Source of the DNA: Elusimicrobiota bacterium
GTDB lineage: Bacteria > Elusimicrobiota > Elusimicrobia > UBA1565
Direction: 5' to 3'
Assembly (NCBI GenBank): GCA_043819795.1
Contig: JBDREN010000078.1
Location: forward strand, 1 to 10,010
DNA length: 10,010 nucleotides
The notes beneath the pieces were generated by a model, which saw only the letters and a list, made by a program, of their open reading frames with translations, was not told the origin of the DNA and did no database searches. This document shows, piece by piece, positions 7,231-10,010 of this stretch (position 1 is its first letter; each line of letters begins with the position of its first letter). A program made the translations under genes and the position numbers.

Positions 7231-7821
7231 TCACTCGCCGGGAGCGGTCCGCGACCGCTTCAACACCCAGGCGGCCGCGGCCGCCAAGTCCCGGCAGACG
7301 GCGTCCGGCTTGGCCTTGTACTGCCCGTCCCGCCCGCCCAGCCCGGTCCGCACGAGGATCGCCCGGCATCCCGCGTTGCGGGCCGTGCGCACGTCCCGCG
7401 TCGAGTCGCCGATGAGGTAGCAGCGCTCCACGTCGAGCCGGAACCTCCGGACGGCGGAGTCGATGAGACCGGTCGCCGGCTTGCGGCACCGACAGCGCTC
7501 CCGGGTCCCGGCCCGGGGGTGGTGGGGGCAGAAATAGATGGCGTCCAGGACGGCGCCGCGGCTGCGGAGCTCGGCCCGCAGCCTCCGGTGGATCGCGCCG
7601 AGCTCGGCGAGCGTGGCGTAGCCGCGCGCCACCACCGACTGGTTGGTCACCACCACCACCCGGAAGCCCGCCCGCCGCAGGCGGGAGACGGCGCCCGCGG
7701 CCCCCCGAAGCAGCGCCACTTGGTCCCGCTTATGCAGATGCGGAACGTACCTCATGAGCACGCCGTCCCGGTCCAAGAAGACCGCTCGCCTCCCCTTCGT
7801 TCGCCTCCGTGCGCCAGGCAT
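7231..7821 (-). CDS. gmhB: D-glycero-D-manno-heptose 1,7-bisphosphate phosphatase (HAD IIIA, about 196 aa)
   Basis: AVFLDRDGV (DxD), VVTNQS, Zn motif YFCPHHP...CRCRKP, LIGDSTRD, LVRTGLG. The start is probably ATG 7821 (alternative 7833); the track's extension to 7935 is non-homologous. Confidence 0.88.
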   Translation of the reverse strand: MPGARRRTKGRRAVFLDRDGVLMRYVPHLHKRDQVALLRGAAGAVSRLRRAGFRVVVVTNQSVVARGYATLAELGAIHRRLRAELRSRGAVLDAIYFCPHHPRAGTRERCRCRKPATGLIDSAVRRFRLDVERCYLIGDSTRDVRTARNAGCRAILVRTGLGGRDGQYKAKPDAVCRDLAAAAAWVLKRSRTAPGE

Positions 7822-7833
7822 GATCGATCCCAT

Positions 7834-7997
7834 CGAGATGATACACAATCCGTCGACCCAGAGTCCCAGGCTTGCCCCGTGGCGCTGTCCGCGGCAAAGC
7901 GGACTCTTGAAGGAATCCTGGAGGGATTTCATCAAGGATCCAAGATTTCGTCTTTACGTAGTGGTAAAAAATTGAAATACTCAGACTCGAAGCGCCA
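7834..7997. promoter_or_regulatory. Divergent promoter region between gmhB (-) and GT2 (+)
   Basis: Conspicuously AT-rich non-coding stretch (e.g. TTTACGTAGTGGTAAAAAATTGAAATAC) between head-to-head genes. A -10-like TATCAT lies on the minus strand at 7843-7838. Exact promoter elements are not resolved. Confidence 0.55.
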
Positions 7998-8693
7998 ATG
8001 AAAATACAGAAGCTGACGATCCTGATACCCGTATACAACGAGAAAGCGACGGTCGAGACGCTCGTCGGTCGCGTCCAGGCCGTCAAGCTGCCGATCCAGC
8101 GCGAGATCATCGCGATCGACGACGGCTCCACCGACGGCACTCTGGACATCCTCGGACGCCTCGAGGAGGAGGGCCTCGTGGTCCTGCGGCACGAGCGCAA
8201 CCGGGGCAAGGGCGCCGCGATCCGCACGGGGATCTCCCGCGCGACCGGCGACGTCGTCTTGATCCAGGACGCGGACCTGGAGTACGATCCGGAGGACTAC
8301 CCCGTCCTGCTCCGGCCCCTGCTCGACGGGCGCGCCGAAGTCGTCTACGGCTCGCGCTTTCTCGGAGGGCCGCACCGGGTCCTGCTCTTCTGGCACTACG
8401 CGGGCACCAAGCTCTTCACGCTGCTGACGAACATCCTCTATAACGTCAACCTCACGGACATGGGCGTCTGCTACAAGGTATTCCTCACCGACGCCCTCCG
8501 GACGCTCAAGCTGAGGAGCGACCGTTTCGGGTTCGAGCCCGAGGTCACCGCCAAGGTCTGCAAAAGGCACCTGCGCCTCTACGAGGTCCCCATCTCCTAC
8601 AGCGGGCGGACCTACGCCGAAGGCAAGAAGATCACCTGGAGGGACGGGTTCGCCTATCTCTGGTGCCTGCTCCGCTACCGGATCGCCGATTGA
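7998..8693 (+). CDS. GT2 glycosyltransferase, dolichol/polyprenol-phosphate glycosyltransferase (DPM1-like) subgroup (231 aa)
   Basis: LTILIPVYNE, IDDGSTDGT, RNRGKGAAIRTG, IQDADLEYDP, VVYGSRF, LTDMGVCYKVF, FGFEPEVTAK, EVPISY.GR...EGKKITWRDG. Confidence 0.93.
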   Translation: MKIQKLTILIPVYNEKATVETLVGRVQAVKLPIQREIIAIDDGSTDGTLDILGRLEEEGLVVLRHERNRGKGAAIRTGISRATGDVVLIQDADLEYDPEDYPVLLRPLLDGRAEVVYGSRFLGGPHRVLLFWHYAGTKLFTLLTNILYNVNLTDMGVCYKVFLTDALRTLKLRSDRFGFEPEVTAKVCKRHLRLYEVPISYSGRTYAEGKKITWRDGFAYLWCLLRYRIAD

Positions 8694-9814
8694 CGACGCG
8701 CGTCATGCAGGTCTTGGAATGCGGCGGCCCGGGCGGCACGGGCCACCAGGTCGCCGCGCTCTGCAACGGCCTGGACCGCGAGCGGTTCCACGTCACGCTC
8801 GTCTACGCGGTGCGCCCCGGCTGCGCGCCGGAGCGATACGAGGCCATGGCCCGCGGCGCCGCCCGCCGCATCCACGTCCCCGAGATGGTCCGCGAGATCT
8901 CGCCCGCCGCGGACCTCGCGGCCTGGTGGCGGCTCTACCGCCTGTTCCGCGCCGAGAGGCCCGACATCGTCCACGCGCATTCCTCGAAGGCGGGGTTCCT
9001 CGCCCGGTCGGCCGCGTGGGCCGCGGGGGTCCGCCGCGTCTACTATTCTCCGCGCGGCTACGCCTTCCTCCAGACCGACCGCTCGCCGCTGAGCCGCCGG
9101 CTCTACCGCCTGGCCGAGCGCTCGGTCGGCTGGATCGGCGAGGTGGTCGCGGTGTCCGAAAGCGAGGGGGACCTCGCGCGCTCGGCGGCCGGCGCCCGCC
9201 GCGTCCGGGTCCTGCCCGACGCCTACCTGGGCGAGGTCCCGGAGGCCGGGCCGCGCCTCGAGCGCGCGTCCGGCCGAGAGACCCTCGTCTGCGCCTCGGG
9301 GCGTCTGTGCCATCCCCGCCATCCCGAGGCATTCGTCCGGCTCGCCCGCCGCGCGGCGTCCGTGCGCGCAGACATACGCTTCGAATGGATCGGCGACGGG
9401 GAATTGCGGCCTCAGGTCGACAAGATGGCGCGGGACCAGGGCCTCGGCGAGCGCTTCTCGGTGACCGGCTGGCTCCCGCAGCCCGAGGCGGTGGAACGCC
9501 TCCGGGGCGCCGATCTTTTCGTGCATTACTCGCGCTGGGAGGGCCTGCCGAACGCGGTTCTGGAGGCCATGGCTCTGGGCCTGCCGGTCATCGTCTCCGA
9601 CATCCCCGGCAACCGCGAGCTGGTCCGCCCCGGGGAGAACGGGTACCGCGTTGCGAGCGAAGAGAAGCTGTTCGAGCGCACCCTCGAGCTCGTCGAGGAC
9701 CCGGAGCGGCGCGCCGGCATGGGCGCGGCCGGGCAGGACATCGTGCGGCGGAAGTACGGCCTCGAGCGCCTGCTCCGCGACATCTCCGACCTGTACGAGT
9801 CGACTGCGTTGTAG
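8690..9814 (+). CDS. GT4 family (GT-B) retaining glycosyltransferase (about 374 aa)
   Basis: N-terminal RVMQVLECGGPGG, PDIVHAHSSKAG, IGDGELR, SRWEGLPNAVLEAMALGLPVIVSDIPGNRELV (EX7E motif). The probable TTG start at 8690 overlaps the GT2 stop as TTGA; the alternative is ATG 8705. Confidence 0.92.
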   Translation: MTTRVMQVLECGGPGGTGHQVAALCNGLDRERFHVTLVYAVRPGCAPERYEAMARGAARRIHVPEMVREISPAADLAAWWRLYRLFRAERPDIVHAHSSKAGFLARSAAWAAGVRRVYYSPRGYAFLQTDRSPLSRRLYRLAERSVGWIGEVVAVSESEGDLARSAAGARRVRVLPDAYLGEVPEAGPRLERASGRETLVCASGRLCHPRHPEAFVRLARRAASVRADIRFEWIGDGELRPQVDKMARDQGLGERFSVTGWLPQPEAVERLRGADLFVHYSRWEGLPNAVLEAMALGLPVIVSDIPGNRELVRPGENGYRVASEEKLFERTLELVEDPERRAGMGAAGQDIVRRKYGLERLLRDISDLYESTAL

Positions 9815-9880
9815 ATAGACCGGCCCCCCCCGGCAACGCGCGGCCCTACCCGCGAGAACGTCCCCGTCCATACGGCGCCG

Positions 9881-9917
9881 CTCCCTCCCCCCGGCCCTCT
9901 CCCATCGGGAGAGGGAG
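9881..9917. repeat. BoxC-like/REP-like extragenic palindrome
   Basis: CTCCCTCCCCCCGG-CCCTCTCCC-ATC-GGGAGAGGG-AG: a pyrimidine-rich tail plus a perfect 9-bp stem (9895-9903/9907-9915). It resembles the widespread CCCTCACCCCGGCCCTCTCCCnnnGGGAGAGGG element. Confidence 0.7.
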
Positions 9918-9935
9918 AAAAGAGCCCCCTACTTG

Positions 9936-9960
9936 GGCGGCACCCCGTGGGGGTGCCGCC
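9936..9960. other. Perfect GC-rich inverted repeat (11-bp stem, 3-nt loop); possible terminator-like or RNA-stabilising hairpin
   Basis: GGCGGCACCCC-GTG-GGGGTGCCGCC. There is no U-tract on either side. Confidence 0.6.
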
Positions 9961-10010
9961 GGCTTACCCCCACCCGCGTCCGCCTCCCACCCCCCGGGAA
10001 CGTTACCCAC

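Noticed and set aside
3468..8001. Long + strand ORFs (307, 411, 501 and 580 aa)
   Set aside because: They are antisense to well-supported genes and have no family motifs. They are explained by stop-codon scarcity from GC3 bias.
7231..9814. Higher apparent GC in gmhB and GT4 than in neighbouring genes as evidence of mosaic origin
   Set aside because: It is plausibly explained by Ala/Arg/Gly-rich composition. No mobile-element signatures are present, and GC3 was not computed.
7932..9871. Minus-strand ORFs of 212, 398 and 179 aa
   Set aside because: They are antisense shadows of the GT2 and GT4 genes.
9929..10009. Open minus-strand frame ending in TAG (…VSRRHPHGVPPK*) as the tail of a convergent gene
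   Set aside because: It is only 26 codons, runs through a perfect hairpin and has no recognisable protein features. It cannot be supported without flanking sequence.
1..10010. CRISPR arrays, tRNA/rRNA genes, transposases or integrases
   Set aside because: None was seen. The window is almost fully occupied by glycan-related CDSs, with no periodic repeats.

Overview
High-GC bacterial cell-surface glycan locus. A minus-strand run of genes (7821 to 174) encodes, in order: a GmhB-type heptose bisphosphate phosphatase, an atypical Fcl/ColC-like SDR lacking the YxxxK tyrosine, a ColD-type His-substituted PMP-dependent C3-dehydratase, an orphan ThDP-dependent E1 alpha/beta pair, a Cj1427/WcaG-like GDP-heptose C4 oxidoreductase, and a DUF2079-like multi-TM membrane protein. 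Divergently transcribed from it are a DPM-synthase-like GT2 and a GT4 glycosyltransferase. The left edge carries the 3' end of a convergent DmhA/WcbK-like GDP-sugar 4,6-dehydratase, and the right edge has a BoxC-like palindrome plus a second perfect hairpin. The best lead is the enzyme combination, which suggests a GDP-heptose-based route to a 3-deoxy or 3,6-dideoxy, C4-branched higher-carbon sugar (a heptose analogue of yersiniose). I know of no characterised pathway with this combination. All family assignments come from motifs and recalled sequences, not database searches.
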